A stretch of 64,000 bases of DNA from Zootoca vivipara (taxonomy: Eukaryota). The stretch is from positions 42,780,001 to 42,844,000 of the forward strand of contig NC_083281.1 in NCBI RefSeq assembly GCF_963506605.1. Direction: 5' to 3'. Positions 24,801-41,356 of this stretch are shown in pieces. The notes below the pieces were generated by a model. The model was not told the DNA's origin. It saw only the letters and a list, made by a program, of their open reading frames with translations, and searched no databases. The position numbers and the translations under genes are program-made. Position 1 is the stretch's first letter. Every line of letters starts with the position of its first letter.

Positions 24801-27245
24801 GGCCTGTAAGTATAAATGGTGATGCTTTTGCAAGCAGGAAACAGGCAAACAGAAAGTTCAGCATAAAATCATAGAATTTGAATTATAGAATCATAGAGTT
24901 GGAAGGGACTCTCAGGGCCATTTAGTCCAACTCCCCTGCAATGCAAGAATATGCACCTGTCCCTTACAGGGATCAAACCTGCAGCCTTGGCATTATCAGC
25001 ACCATGCTGTAACTAACTGAGCTATCCAGCTGATATTCAGTCTAAGAGGCAAGTAGAGCAACAAGAAACCATGACATTTTAATTTTTTAATTAAATTTGT
25101 GTACCACCCTTCGTCTGAAGATCCCAGGGCAGTTCACTGCATAATAATAGAAAATGAGAACACAAAATACATAATAAAAACAAAAGCACACCAATAACAC
25201 CCACCCCCTTCCACAAACACATTTAAAAAAAACATAGAATTTTAATCAGCCCAAGCTGAAGTCCTGGTTATAGTAAAAACATTTTTGCCTGACGCCTAAA
25301 GATACGGTCCATGTATCGTGAGGTGTCCTATCGGTCCCCACGCGGGTTGGCTCTCTGATCTTGCTGAGCCATGATCTGTGGTGCAAGGGGAATTGAGTGG
25401 GAGTTTGAGCCTGCACTGACATCTGCCTGTCATTTGGAAGGCTTGCCACACATATTGGGTTGGAGGGAGTCCTGCACCTTAAAGCTCCCAATATGTCCCC
25501 CCGCTTCTCTCCAACAGGCCATGACATGCTGTCTCTTCTCTTTCACTTTCTGGATGAGTGGCTTTATAAATTCAGTGCCAATGAGTTTTTCATTCCCAGG
25601 GTGAGTGTTTGCTCTCTTCCTCCTTATGGTCTTCAGATATTTCTCAACTATTGGAATGTGTTCTGCACAATGTCACAGTTTGGTCACATGTTGTTGTATT
25701 GCCAGGGTTTTGAATCCATTCTGTCTGAATATATTAATTTCTGAGGTAGCATCAATAAACTAAGGAGCTAAGGAAAAAATCTAAAGAGGAGCATTATTGT
25801 ACTGTCCTTATTAGCACCAACTGTAATCATAAAGCAGGGAGACAGCATTCAGCTCTCACAGAAGTCTTCTCCAGGCTTGAGAGTCAAGAACAGAAAAGGG
25901 GAGATAATGATGTTCCTCAGAGTAGCGGGTGGTGAACTTCTCTGGAATGTGCTTACAGTTTATAGATCGAGGTTCAGGATATTCTTTGGAAAACTAGTTA
26001 GATTATACCGGTAAGAAAAGTTGAAGATGCTGGAATGGGGAGAAAGAAATTGTTATACAGACTGAAAGAGAAGCTCCTCTTGACTTCTGAAATGTATTGC
26101 TTTTCATATGTCTTGAGGTTGTGTAGATGGTTGGGATTTAGTCTTCTGCAAGGAACTGAAATACCTGGTACCTTTTTCAGTTATTACTAGAGCTATGTGA
26201 AAGTTTTAACTTGTCTGAAATCAACGAATATATGTTTGTTCCCCTCCCTCATTTTGTAGGAAGTTAAAGTGCTCCACATTGACCGAATAAGATTCAGAGT
26301 AAGATCTATTGGGTGAGTTAAGTGGAATCATGCCATTTAAAAATGTTGATGGGAATGCCAGGGAGCCAAGACATGTTGGCTCTGTGTGAAAGTTTCCATA
26401 GAGAGTACCAGGTGTCCTTTTGCATGTGCCAGCAGCCTTTTTAGTTCCCCACTGACTCTCACCATGGACTCCTCCAGGATCTTTCCTGGATGGGGACAGC
26501 GAAAAGTTTGCTTTCTTTAAAGAGAATGCATGTTCCCGCTTTGGCAATGTTGCTTTGCTGTAATGGCTCAAACTAATCCCTAGTTCTGAAGAAGAAATAG
26601 AGGCATTTGAAGATGCCAGGAGCTGTCTTGGCCCTCTTAATTCCTGATTCACGCTTCAGCATGTGGGACAGTGTTCCTCCAGTGGATCCCTGCACTGCCT
26701 CCTGGGTGTGGACCATTTGGGAACTGGAGTAGAGAGCCCTGTATGCCATAGCTCTCTAGGTTCTTGGGTGGGAAATCATTCTGGCTGCTAGGGGTGCCAT
26801 AATGGCTTTCTATTTTCCTCAACATCCATCATTGTTCCATGTGTCTGTCGTAAAATAACCAAAGGGGTTTACTACACTGTGACATCATTCAGTTACCTTA
26901 TAATAATCATTATCCTTTCCCCTTTTTAAGGTGGGGAGAAGAGTTCTCTTTGCCCAAGCATCCCCAGGTATGTTATGAATGTTGTTGTTTTCCTTCACGA
27001 GTAATAGGGGCCTAGAGACAAAGCATGCTTAACTAACAAATTACCCCTTCCATTCATGTATTCTTAGACCTACCAGAGATTCTGCCTATCATTGTGCAGT
27101 TGAGCTCCTAGACTCCTGTTCTGGGCCAACTCAAATTGTCTTTTTTCTTCCCTCACAGGGCACAGAGGTCAAAGCTATAACCTATTCAGCAATGCAGATT
27201 CATGAGGATGAAACGCCCGAGGTCTTTGTCATTATTGATATCTAA
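21844..27245 (+). CDS. ZBTB8OS: Archease (RTCB tRNA-ligase activator), 164 aa, 7 coding exons
   Basis: Exons 21844-21931, 22699-22723, 24484-24605, 25518-25600, 26260-26312, 26931-26967, 27159-27245 (495 nt, GT-AG). Protein MADNYRDYNLTEDQK...[34 protein letters not shown]...GTEVKAITYSAMQIHEDETPEVFVIIDI*, with the archease DHTAD and EVKAIT motifs. Confidence 0.97.
23158..23547. mobile_element. hAT (Charlie-like) MITE with three internal ~70-bp tandem units
   Basis: CAGGGGTC.../...GACCCCTG TIRs; 8-bp TSD TCTTGGAT; internal repeat AATAACCCAGAGATGCATTTTAAAT..CATGTAAAAACA x3. Confidence 0.85.
24885..25030 (-). mobile_element. tRNA-derived SINE with CR1-like (TTCTATGA)n tail
   Basis: Minus strand reads TAGCTCAGTTAG...GCAGGTTTGATCCC (A/B-box-like), ending in CCTTCCAACTCTATGATTCTAT. 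Confidence 0.55.
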
Positions 27246-28155
27246 ACAAAGGGCCACAAAAAACTGCATCACCCTGGTTTAACTGGCAAAAGTGCTGTAC
27301 ATCCTAATCGAAGTGTTTGTCCTCCTGGAAATGACTCGGCAGAGGGCTAAATAAACCAAAGTGGTGAGGAGCATCCAGTTGGATGTAGCAGCTTGAATAG
27401 AAGACTCCCAAGGAATGTCCAGCTCCGGCGTGTTACTGAGGCTGATGCATCAAGCAGAAAGCATTGAAAAGATGGTATGCATGTGTTGATTACTAGCCCA
27501 AGCATGATCTGGTACTGCAGCCTATAATGTGGTTTTAAAATGCTGGATTCTAATTCCTTATCTATTCTGGTGGGAGACTAATATTCTTTAGTGACAGGAA
27601 ATGCAGGGATTTAAGACTATTCACTGTCTTCTGTCTTAATAATACTACATCTTCTATTGCTTCTTTTGTCATTTATAGCCCATTGTAAAATACCCACCAT
27701 AAAATGCTGCTTTCCTCCAGTGAGAGCTGGAGGTTAGAGCTGTAGTGACTGGTGAGGCACTGTTTCTTGGCTGGCTTCCTAACAGAGGTACCCTTGGCTG
27801 GCTTCCTAAGGGTAAGGTGCAGGGAGATTGGTCTGTTGTGGCACATGGCAGTGGATCCAAGCTCCCTATGCCTCAACCCTCCCCTCTATGTAAGTGCCAG
27901 TGACCTGCTGTGTTGGCAGGGCTGGAGAACCAAGTTACTCCACCTGCACTGTCTCCATGGGATGGAGAAGGGAATTCACGCATGCTGGGGGAAAGGGAGT
28001 CTTGCAGGCGATGCCACACTCCCAATGCCTTAGCCACAGTTAAAGATCAGAGCTATTATGTCTCCACTGAAAGGGGAAAGGAAAGGAACAGCAGACACAC
28101 ATATTTGACCCCCTCCCCCCTGCAAGGAGCAGCATTTCTTTTTGACAATCTATAT

Positions 28156-28341
28156 CAGGGGTAGTCAACCTTTTTATACCTACTGCCCACTAATGCATCT
28201 TTCTTGATGGTAAAATTTTCTTACCGCCCACCAGTGCTCTATGGAAGGAGGATTCAACTTGTGCCATAGAACCCCCTACCGCCCACCTAGAATCCTGAAA
28301 CGCCCACTAGTGGGCGGTAGGGACCAGGTTGACAACCCCTG
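28156..28341. mobile_element. hAT MITE
   Basis: TIR CAGGGGTAGTCAACCT / AGGTTGACAACCCCTG; 8-bp TSD ATCTATAT. Confidence 0.85.
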
Positions 28342-29145
28342 ATCTATATGAACATGCACATGCAACTTGAATTGCAGACTTAACACACACACCTTGGGAT
28401 TAAAGCAACAGGTCTCAGTCTCTTGTAAGCAGCATTTGTTTCACGGGGCTTGCAGAGGAGCATATTTGTTGGCAGGTGTCTTACAACGGGCCATCCCTTT
28501 GCACCATGATACAAATCCAGCATTTTTTGTTAGGAGAGGGTACAAAATATTTATAGAAGGCAGCCTTCATCAACACCCATCAGTCTCAGCTTGCAGGCTT
28601 AGGCTGATAGGCCTTGTAGTTCAAAACAGCTGCTGGGCATCAGGCTGATGATGGCTGCATATAAGAAAAGACGTCATAAGAGGTGTAGATAGTGTGGTAC
28701 TCTGTGTTAATCTGTGTGTGATTTCAGTTTTGATGTGCTCCACTTAGCTCTACAATTGTGTGAGGTAATTGGTGTATTTCTTGGAGTAGGTACTCCAATT
28801 TATGTAAATGACAGAAAAGGGAGAATCTTGGTTTTAATTTAAAATAACTTTTAAAAAAACATAAAAATAAAATCCGTTTTACAAAACTTGTGTTCATACT
28901 TGTGTGCTTATAGTAGTTTTATTGGTTGGCAATATTATTGCATTAGACCTGCAGGTGTAGGGTGGAATACAAATTTAATAAATAATAACAATAAATAATG
29001 GTGACATGGCTAGCTGGGCTCCTGAACAGGAGCACTCTGGGCTGCAACATTATCTTCAAGGTCCCACAGACCACCACTACCCCCCCCCCCAAAAAAAATC
29101 ACACACTCACACCCCTTTCCGATTGGGTTCAATTGACATCCATGT

Positions 29146-29151
29146 TTTATT
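29146..29151 (-). terminator. Polyadenylation signal (AATAAA) of the ferritin-like gene
   Basis: AATAAA on the minus strand about 57 nt after the TGA, followed by a GT-rich stretch. Confidence 0.7.
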
Positions 29152-29207
29152 GCAAAGGCTTCGTGTATAACTAATAGCCGCTGATTTGGGGCATGTCCTT
29201 TGCCATT

Positions 29208-32091
<2,884 letters not shown>

Positions 32092-33399
32092 ATCTATTGT
32101 TCGACACTAAACTGGCAAGTAGAATACTTCCCTCTTAAAGGGCTGGTCCAGCTCTGCACCCTGAAAGTATCCACAGTAACTGACCAGCCACCATAGCTGG
32201 CCTTTCAGCTCAAAGCAAGAAGGTCAGGACACAGGAAGAAACCATTCAGCAGGGAAGACAGAGGTCCTCTGTCACTGGCATCTTTAATGACCTTTCTGCA
32301 GGCAGAGCATGACTCTGCAGGGTGGCACAAGGGTTGCCATGACACCTGGGAAGGTAGGCTGATGCCAGGGAAACAGCAAAGCAATACACCAGGGTGCTGA
32401 TCACCAGCATTCATCAAACAACCACACATGGAAGCCCTTCTTGGTTCTCCTCCTCAGGTGACCTTGCCCTGGCCTCCTCTGGCCGCCAGCCACACAGCAG
32501 GGAAAGCCCTCCTGGAGAACCATTTTGCCCTTCAAAGGGAGGAGAGGAGAAGCAGAAGCAGCTTGGTAAGTCCCTGCCACCCAGTTTCTGGTAGCCCCTC
32601 CCACGAAGCTGAAAAGCCACCTGGCCCCCCAGAGTCCATGAGTCAGGACAACCATATTGTTGGCATCCTCCTTTCTCTGGAAACAATGGAGGAGTGTGCC
32701 TTTGGGGGTAAAGTCAAACCCTTCGAGAATTGTAGTGCCTGCAGTGGCTGTAGAAATCAATACTGCAGAGACATGTACTATTGCATGTGGGGCAGTTTTT
32801 TGCCAGTAATGTGACTTACAGATGAGAGTTTTTGTATTGGCACCCCACAGTATAGACAACATGTTGTAGATTATAGTCTGGTTTTTGAAGTGTTTGTGTT
32901 AAATTGATGCAGACATTGTTTGTATGGACTATGTTGCAAACTTGAGCTAAGTGATGGCGATGGTTGCTTTTTCCATCTCTAAATAAAAAAATTGTTTCTT
33001 TGTTTTTTAAAAAGTGGCCCATGACCACCTTTGTGATATCTGAATGACCTATTTTGCAGTGTTAAGCCTCTGACATTGGAGGTACACAGTCTAGTGGAGG
33101 CTGGTCCAAGGGGGCTTATGGGACACTACCCCACCTCACTGCCTTATTATTTACAACTAGTCCAGAGGGGGGCACTGCCAGCCAGCTTCCTCCCCCTCCT
33201 TAGTCTGAGTACTGTACAGTACTTGCCTTTGCAAAACTCAGCAGGGAGGAGGAGGAGAGAGACAAAACTACCGTAGAATGAATTGGCTCTGCTTGTCATT
33301 GGCTCTGGCGCCACCTACTGTTGGGCTCCTTGCCTTCTGCCCTACCGGTCCCAATGGGCAGCAGCCATCATGGCTAGTAGATGTTGAATTACCGGTAGT

Positions 33400-34130
33400 T
33401 GATCCTCTTTCAAGGGCGAGCGAGGGAGGGAGGCCAGGTGGCTGGGCAATGGTCCCGGTCCATCACCAACACTAGATGCTGCCAGCCACACAGCTGGGTC
33501 CTCTAGAATCAGCCACGACGGGGCAAATGGCAGGTGGAGTTGGCGGGAAATATCCTCTTTTGCTCTTCCCCTCGGGGCCTCCTCCGAGGGCGCCGGTGCC
33601 GTCGACCAAAAAACCCAATGAGAGTCCCTTTTGCAGGAAAGAGAAACGGTGCGTGGGGGTTCGCAAACTCCAGGGGCTCCGAATGAGATCGATTCTTTCC
33701 TGGGGGGACACGGGCTGGGAGGCTGAGCCGCGGGGACGCTGAAGCTCAGCTGGTTTTGGACTGGTCAGTGGCTGGAAGACACCCAGGAAAGCCCCGTCCC
33801 CGGAAGGAGAGTGGGAGAGAAATGTCCGGAACCAGGACACCCACCCACCAGCCTTACAGGAGCCGATCGCTTGCAGCAGGGGGCATTGTTCTTTCTTCGT
33901 GGGTCGTGGGGGGGGGGTGGTCTCCCAACGCGGATGTGGGCGTCGGAGAGACGGTTCAGGGGCAGCGTTTAAAGGGGCAACGCGCCCCTTTAAGACATAG
34001 TCCACTCTCCCCGCTGCGCTTCAGCGTCGCCTACTGACCCCCGCGATCCCCCTCCCCCGATGATGCTACGGAGAAAACGACGCCAGTGTCCAAGCCGCCA
34101 ATCCCTGCCCTAGTACCGTTGCGGGGTAGG
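33400..34130. promoter_or_regulatory. Orphan CpG island upstream of the ferritin-like gene
   Basis: Local CpG enrichment with no recognisable coding or TE signature; contains a TTAAAGGGGC inverted repeat, a CCAAT (~34098) and a CTCF-like site (33874-33885). Confidence 0.5.
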
Positions 34131-35953
34131 TTGGATTTAAAGCTGTGTGGAGAAAGAGGAGGTGGAGGAGAAACACCCCCCCCCCTCAATGCTCAGTCTT
34201 GGATTGAGCTACTTGCGTTTACAACTGCGGCTTGTTAGGTTTCAACTGCATTTTTTTTCATTGACTGGTTTTTTCAAGGTGCATTTGGTCATGGTTTGAG
34301 GTTGCATCGTTCATCTCTTATTCGGCACCTTTTTCTTTCTGCGCAAGCCGCCTTTCCTGTGCTGTTGCTGAAAGGTGAGGTATATAAAATCATTAATGGA
34401 GTGTTCAAACAGTCCACGCGTAGCTCCTCTCCTCCCTTCCACACTTGCAACATCAGCTGTTCGGGGCTGCCTGCAAGTGCGCCAAGGGAGCTTGCCTGGA
34501 GAGTAGGTGCAAGCATCCCTGAGAACGCCATAGAAGCTTCCCTGCGATACAGCACAGGAATCAGAGCCCCCAGCAGCGGCATTTCAAGAGGAATATATGT
34601 GTGTCCAGGAGACTCACCTGCTTCCCACATCCTGCTTATAGCTTGATTCTGGAATACCATGTTGCTTACTCGATATGCTTTCTTTAGGGTGCTTCTAGGC
34701 AATGCTGTAAATGGGTTATTCAGATATCATAAACGTGGCACTAGCAACAGTGGGGTTTTAAAAAATAACTTACCTGATTTTTTCCTAGAAAGAGTAAATC
34801 TCGACTAAACGGCAAAAAATAGGCCTATAGCTGGCATTTTGATGTCAGCATGTGGATGCTGCAAAAAAATAAAAATAAATGCATGTGGAGCACCCATCGT
34901 GCAGCAGGCACCCATGTGGAAGCACCCTTTGACTCAAGACTCCTTTCTGTAAATGAACCAATTACAGTGATTTATTTAAAAGGGTCACACTGTGAGATGA
35001 ATTGAGAGAACATTGGTATCTGTTTCAAATTTAGTGATAGTGCAGGTTTAAAATATCCAGTTTGAAAAATGGGTGGGCAAAGATGGGTATGCACAAACAC
35101 AAAGAACTTCAAGGAAACATTTGAATTGCCACAGTGTGTTTTGGTTCTGTAGTTGAAAATAGTGAATCTGCTGCTTGCAAGACATACAAAAACTGGCTTT
35201 TTGAAGATTTTGAAATCAAGAGAGTTGGTTCTGAAAGGCTGAATTACCCTAATGTTTCTTAGTAAATAATCATCTCGAGGAAGTTGTGCATTTTGGGGAA
35301 GGATTATGCATTGTTCTCCACTTAAGAATGGGGGATGGGAGCGATGTGCCAGGTTAGATAGAGCAAGCCAACAACTCAAATAGCCGAGTGATCTAGCAAC
35401 ATTTGCAATTCTATGTACATTCACCTGGGAAAAGGCTCCATTGAACTTGCTCACTTCTGAGTAGACATGCATAGGATTGCAGTGTGTGTGACTGCGTATA
35501 TTTAAATATAAATTAATTATCATTGCACCTTTTTATGCCTGCAGTTTTTAAAAACAAAACCCTCACGCTGTCAAAAGCTTTAATAGAGTAACTTACAATG
35601 AAGCTGTTAACTTTATTTTGAAGTGCTCCCCAACATTAAAAAAGGTTTGAGAAGAGATCCATTTTATTCTATCAAAAGTTATCACTGTCGCACTTCAGCA
35701 GGTAATTGTTCATACATGGTACCATCTCAGGATGGATGCTTGCTTATGGAACAAAATATTGATACTCTTGAGTAACTAAATTCAATATAGACACAATGGC
35801 ATGTCCATAAATGCATGCAAGTTTAGCCCAAGTCATAGAAAGCCTATATAATAGATTGTATGTTAACCACAGGCTGGTTGGGAGTCAATGGTCAAAACAA
35901 AGGAATGACAACGTAAAGGGGGAACTTTTATTTAACATCCAGTCCATTCATAA

Positions 35954-38900
35954 CTACCTAATGTTTGGTTTTATATCTTTTTCCTCAGCTTCATCATCGC
36001 TATCGTCCACTTGCTGGATGACCAAATCGGTAGACCCGTCCTCTACAATTTCCACATCGGATCTGTTGTCTTCACCGTAATTCCAGTTAGAATCCTTGTC
36101 CTCTTCTAGCGGGAACTCAGGTGGTGGCTCAGTGTCCAAATCAATGCGGATGCTGTCTATGCCAGCTTCTGAGAGGCACTCATTGCAAAGTCTGTAGCGC
36201 CTTGTCCCTTCCTGGACCACTTGCCCCGTCATCTCAGTCACGTGACGCTTGCATTTTCTGCAGATGGGCTTGCAAGCTTGATGGATCTGTGAAAATTGAA
36301 AGGGAGAATGCTGATCGCTGCTCAAAAGGGAAATAGAAAAATGATTTGTTCCCCTTCCATACAGTAATGCTCTCAGTATCGAGAGGCTGCTACTAAAATT
36401 TAACCCAGGCAACATAGTGTGGTGAAAAGGAAGAATTCCAGGATATGAAAAATCATTTCTGTTCAAGATATGGCTATTCAAAATTAATTCATGCTCCCCA
36501 AGGCACAGAAACTGTGAGCTAAGGTAACTTCCTGCCTTAACATCCGCAGTGTGTAGTGGTAAAATCATTGTATCACTTCACATACTGTGCTCTCTTACAA
36601 ATTACTCCCTTGTGTACCCATATTTCTTTAATTAATTTTTAAATTTGTGTATCGCCCTATACCCGTAGGTGAAGCTGTTCCCATAATTGTATTTCCATAC
36701 TAGAAAATATTTAACTTGCCTACCACACAACTGTTAAAGGCAGACAAACACTGAATTTCCTCAATGCCCACCCTACACCAAAGCCTAGGCTGCAATACTG
36801 TACCCGCTAACCAGGGGGTTTGCACAGTTAAACACAAAGAGGCTTTCAGGAGACATGAACACTGCTGTACTGCAAGCTACATTGGATTCTTAGTGAGTTC
36901 TTAAGTCTTCAGCTCTGCTGCCTATGCCTCATTGCAAAGGCTTCACATCTTACATGTCATATTGGGGGGGGGGTTAACATCCACACACAGTTATTGTATA
37001 GTAGTATTTATAGAAAATAACATATAGGGAGTATCTGATCTCAGACAAGCCCACCACAGGAAATATACACCATGGTTGCTGGGGGGGGGGGAGAGCACTG
37101 GAATGTAAGAAAGAAACAAAAGTGCACTAAAGGAAAACAACAGCTCTTTAGAGTCCTATACATAGCTGCCAAGTTATCCCTTTTTTTAAGGGATTTTCCA
37201 TTATGCTGAATAGGCTTTCTCTCGAGAAAAGGGAAAACTTGGCAGCTATGGTCCTATAGCCTGGTGTCCCAACAACTAACTCATCAATTCCAGCTCTGAC
37301 TTTACTCATTGGTTGAAAACATTGAAAGGCAGGAGCAGCCAGGCTGGCACATCTCACAGATATCATTTATAAGGATACCTGCACATTTTGCTTCTAAACA
37401 TTATTTCTAAAAGGGCTAGAGACTTACGTTTTAAAATGAATGCTCTGGGGCTCCTGCTGACTATAGGACCCAGTGCATCAGTACCCCCTCTGCCACCTAT
37501 CAGCAGCCCTACATGATTATGTCTATTCACTCAAGTTTTTTTATTTATCATAATTTCAGTAATCCACAATAAGCATCTATTGCAACAGGAACAAGAAAGG
37601 GGGAAGGTAATAAGTGATTGAGCAATAAATTCCGTAGAATATGTACTTGTGTATTTTTGTATTTCTTTAGATCACTGAAAGTGAAAATATTCGGTATGGT
37701 GGCAGAGAAATGGTTGCTTAGATTAAGGTAGCCAGGAAAGAAATGGTACAATGTTTTATATTGTGTAATTTTACTCATCATATCACATTCATGTTACAAG
37801 GCATTTTACTTACACATTTTTATCATCATGTTAGGATTTTCTGCCTTTAGCTCTCAAGACAGGGCACTCTAGAAATTCAGTAGAAACAATATAGGGCATG
37901 GTCCAGCTGAAGCTGACCACATAAGAAGAGCCTTGCTGCTGAATTAGGCCAGTGGCCCATCTAGTCCAGCATCCTGTGGCCAACCAAATGCCTATGGGAA
38001 ACCCATGAGAAGGACCGGAGCCCTAGAGCCCTCTGGCCTCCTATGGCTTCCAGGAACTGGTCTTCAGAAACATTGCTGCCTCTGACTGTGGAGGCAGAGC
38101 ATAAGCATCATGGCTAGTAGCCACCGAGAGCCCTCTCCATGCATTTGTCTAATCCTCTTTTAAAGCCATCCAAGTTGGTGATCATCACTGCCTCCTGTGA
38201 GAGAGAGTTCCAGAGTTAACTATCACTTTGACGTTCTATTGGCTTCAGTGGGAGACACCCAGCATATGGTGAACTCTCCCTCTGAAATTAAAGGGGATTC
38301 AAAGTGATTTACTGTGGTTGAATCACACCAATATTAACATTTTTTTTGTTTAGGTCTGGCCCCATTGGGGTTAAGAATCGAGGTATACTGAGATATAGGG
38401 CCTCCTAGGAAATTAAAAATGTAGACAAGCCCAGTGTCACAATAAAGCAAGTTTCCTAAAGAAAATGGACCGATACCAGACAATGCATCTCTGTATTAAG
38501 TAGTTACTGGGGGTGTATCATCTCAAAATGCAACATGTGCAAACGTACTGTTCGGAAATGGCTGCTCAGGTGATCCAGCCTGCTGAATCTCTTTCCACAC
38601 GCTTCGCACGGATACGGCCGTTCTCCCGTATGGCAGCGAAGGTGGCGCTTCAGGTCTGCTTTCCGCTTCACCACGTGAGTGCAGAAGGGGCATTTGAACC
38701 TCATCCTAGGCAGATCATCTGTAAGTACCAAGCAATGCTTTTAAAATGCTGCAAAAAGTCTAACACGCCTAGCACAGTGACACTTTTAGTCAAAATAAAG
38801 TAACTGACTTCAAGACTGCAAACACTGTATTTATTTTATTTTATTTTATTTTTTAAAAAAACAGTTCTGCAATGGGTATAAATGATGCAATTTTACTTAA

Positions 38901-41356
38901 TCTGCTTGTGTTTATTCTGCCTAATCTTGCTGCTGCTAGTTATTAGAAGCTGTAGTGAACTCTGTCGGGTCCTGCCCTGACACTGTGCAACCACAAGAAA
39001 CCATGTCCAGCAACACTCTGGATTCTGAGACCCACACACTTTCACCTCCTTAGGATTTTCAGGATGCTGAATTCAGTACAAGAAGCTGCCTTATGTAGAG
39101 TCAGACTAGTCAATCTAGCTCAGTATTGTCTACAGGCCAGCAGCTCTCCAGGGTTTCAGGTGGGAATCTTTCCCAGCTCTAAAGGGAGACACCAAGGATC
39201 GAACCTCGGGCCTCATGCATGCAGGGCATGTGCTTTACACCCACTGAGCTACAGCCCTTCTGTTTTGCACCCAATACGCAGAGCTGCCAAGTTCTCCCTT
39301 TATTTAAGGGAAATTCCCTTATGCTGAATAGGCTTCCTCGCGAGAAAAGGGTAAACTTGGCAGCTATGAATACGGCATTCTGCTGTTGCACATTGCAGTC
39401 ACCGGAACACACAGAGCCCTCTTGAAGGGGCTTTATGAATCTCCTTGCCAGGGGCAGATCCCCTGCTGCATCATGGCTGGCCTTAACCATACAGCAAGGT
39501 GAAGGCAACCACTTCAGGCTGTACAATTTAGGGGAACAGATGGAGCTGATATCTGAATGGCCAAGCAAAACTTTTAAAGCACTAGTCCAAGTGGTGGTGT
39601 TGGTGGGAGGCATTTGGTCATCTGATTCAGACAGCAATATACCTTGGGGCAACACCAAGCCCTCTTTTGCATAGTGGGAAAAGCCCTCCCCACTCTGCAC
39701 TCTCTCTGCAAAATTTATTCCTGCCTCCCATAACAGCCCCACTGGAAACTAAGCAAGACCAAGTCTTCCTTGCCACCAGTGCAGAAAGCACAAGGCAGAA
39801 GAGCTGGGTTGCAGATATGCTTTATTTAAAAAACACACACACACAATCCTAAGAAGCGCTGCTAAGAAATTATGATCTTACTGAGGAGGGTGGCACCACA
39901 ACTGGCCCTGCCATGCAGTGGGGGAAAGAAGCACCTTGCTACAGGTGCCATTGCAATAGGGGAAGAGATGGAGGGAAGAACTGGTGCCTCAGTGGCGCAG
40001 CAAGACTTTTGAAAAAGTGCAGGCCCTTGACTGCGGAGAGAGGGGGGTGAAATCTGCTTCAGGTACCACAAGCCCAAACATAAAAATGAAGGATTTCAGA
40101 GGGTGCAAGAAGCAGTTTTATTTTTCATTCCGTCAAAACCGTATCCCACAAAACTTGACCTCTACCTTGAGTAAGCTGAACAGAAAAAGGAGACTTCTCA
40201 AACACACATTCCCCTGATGAGGAGCTAGATGCTCAACACACAATGAGGTCATTGTTGCAATTATGATAGTTGGATCCATTCAAATCATTCTCCTTGCATG
40301 CAAAATTTAGTTCACCTCCAATAAATGATGCTCATTTTTAAAAGGTAAAATAATAAACTTTTATGCAGCCAAGGGCCAAGAAGACAATTGAATGTATGCT
40401 AAATTAATATCCTTACCATCCGCCCAGTTCCCCATCACACCCAGTACCGAGGGCATGCTAGCATATGGCTCGTCCCCTTTGGAAGATTTTGACTTCCCAG
40501 CAGGGTGTGGAGAATCATGCTCTTGCTGTGACACAGCTGAGCTTCTCGGGACGGTGTCAGATCCCTGGCCGTACTGGTAGCTGGAATGGCCAGAGTCACC
40601 TTCCGAATCAATTTGGACGTCCTCTTCAGATGGAGAAGTGTGGCTTATAGGCTCCGAAACTCGCTCTTCAAGTTTACTTGCCTTATAGTGAGGGACATCG
40701 GAGGGTTGTGGCAGCCCTATATGTCTACTGGTTTTCTTCATGGGTTCTTGCCTTTGGTCATGCTTGGAGAGCTGCTGGGCATTTCTTTGAGTGGCTGGGT
40801 AATAATTGAAATTGGTCCAAGAATTTCCACCCACTATACATGTCCCTTGATCTGGGCTTAAGTGCGAATGAGGGGGACTGCTCTCTGTTCTCCACCCAGT
40901 CCCATACAGGCATAAACGCTCCACGCCATTTGAGTTCACTTCCTTATCCGAGAGACTAAAATAGCGATCTTTTTCCTTCTCACTGATATCCAAGGAGGAT
41001 TTAATGAATGTCTTGCAAACACTAATAACATCAGTCATTTGCAGATAGCTGGCAGCTGACATGACCTCAATCACATTCTGGCCAGTGAGGGAGAGTTTGC
41101 CTGAATACACAAAATCCAGGATCACGGAAAATGTTTCGGGAGAAAATGCCTGGAAAGTTGCGGTTGTTGGTTGACTGGTTTCCTTTGAGCACTGTGAAAG
41201 GAGCATTTTGAAGTAGCCACTACTGGCAAACAGCACATTCCGGTGGGCTTTGAAGACCTTCCCCTCAACCAAAATGCTGCAGTCACAAAATAAGTCTTGC
41301 CTGCGCTGTTCATTTAATTGTTGCAGCAGATGAAACTGATGGGAAGAAATCTCCAT
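35954..41356 (-). CDS. ZBTB8A: Zinc finger and BTB domain protein 8A, 480 aa, 3 coding exons
   Basis: Exons 41356-40417 (BTB: [26 protein letters not shown]...), 38718-38549 (two C2H2 fingers [38 protein letters not shown]...), 36286-35954 ([12 protein letters not shown]...DIKPNIR*). Total 1443 nt, GT-AG. Confidence 0.95.
37161..37250. mobile_element. 90-bp hAT MITE
   Basis: TIR CATAGCTGCCAAGTT / AACTTGGCAGCTATG; 8-bp TSD GTCCTATA; second copy at 39279-39368. Confidence 0.85.
37918..38220 (-). mobile_element. CR1-type LINE 3' fragment
   Basis: Reverse complement of the 47350-47600 type sequence (TTGTCTAATCCTCTTTTAAAGCCATCC; CCCATCTAGTCCAGCATCCTGT). Confidence 0.6.
39279..39368. mobile_element. 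90-bp hAT MITE (second copy)
   Basis: Homologous to 37161-37250 with the same TIRs. Confidence 0.75.

Noticed and set aside
32401-32862. ORFs of 128-153 aa upstream of the ferritin gene
   Set aside because: They overlap degenerate interspersed-repeat sequence and show no protein-family signal.
34075-34100. CAGTGT loop as a possible IRE
   Set aside because: Wrong strand for the ferritin gene, and the flanks cannot form the 5-bp upper stem.
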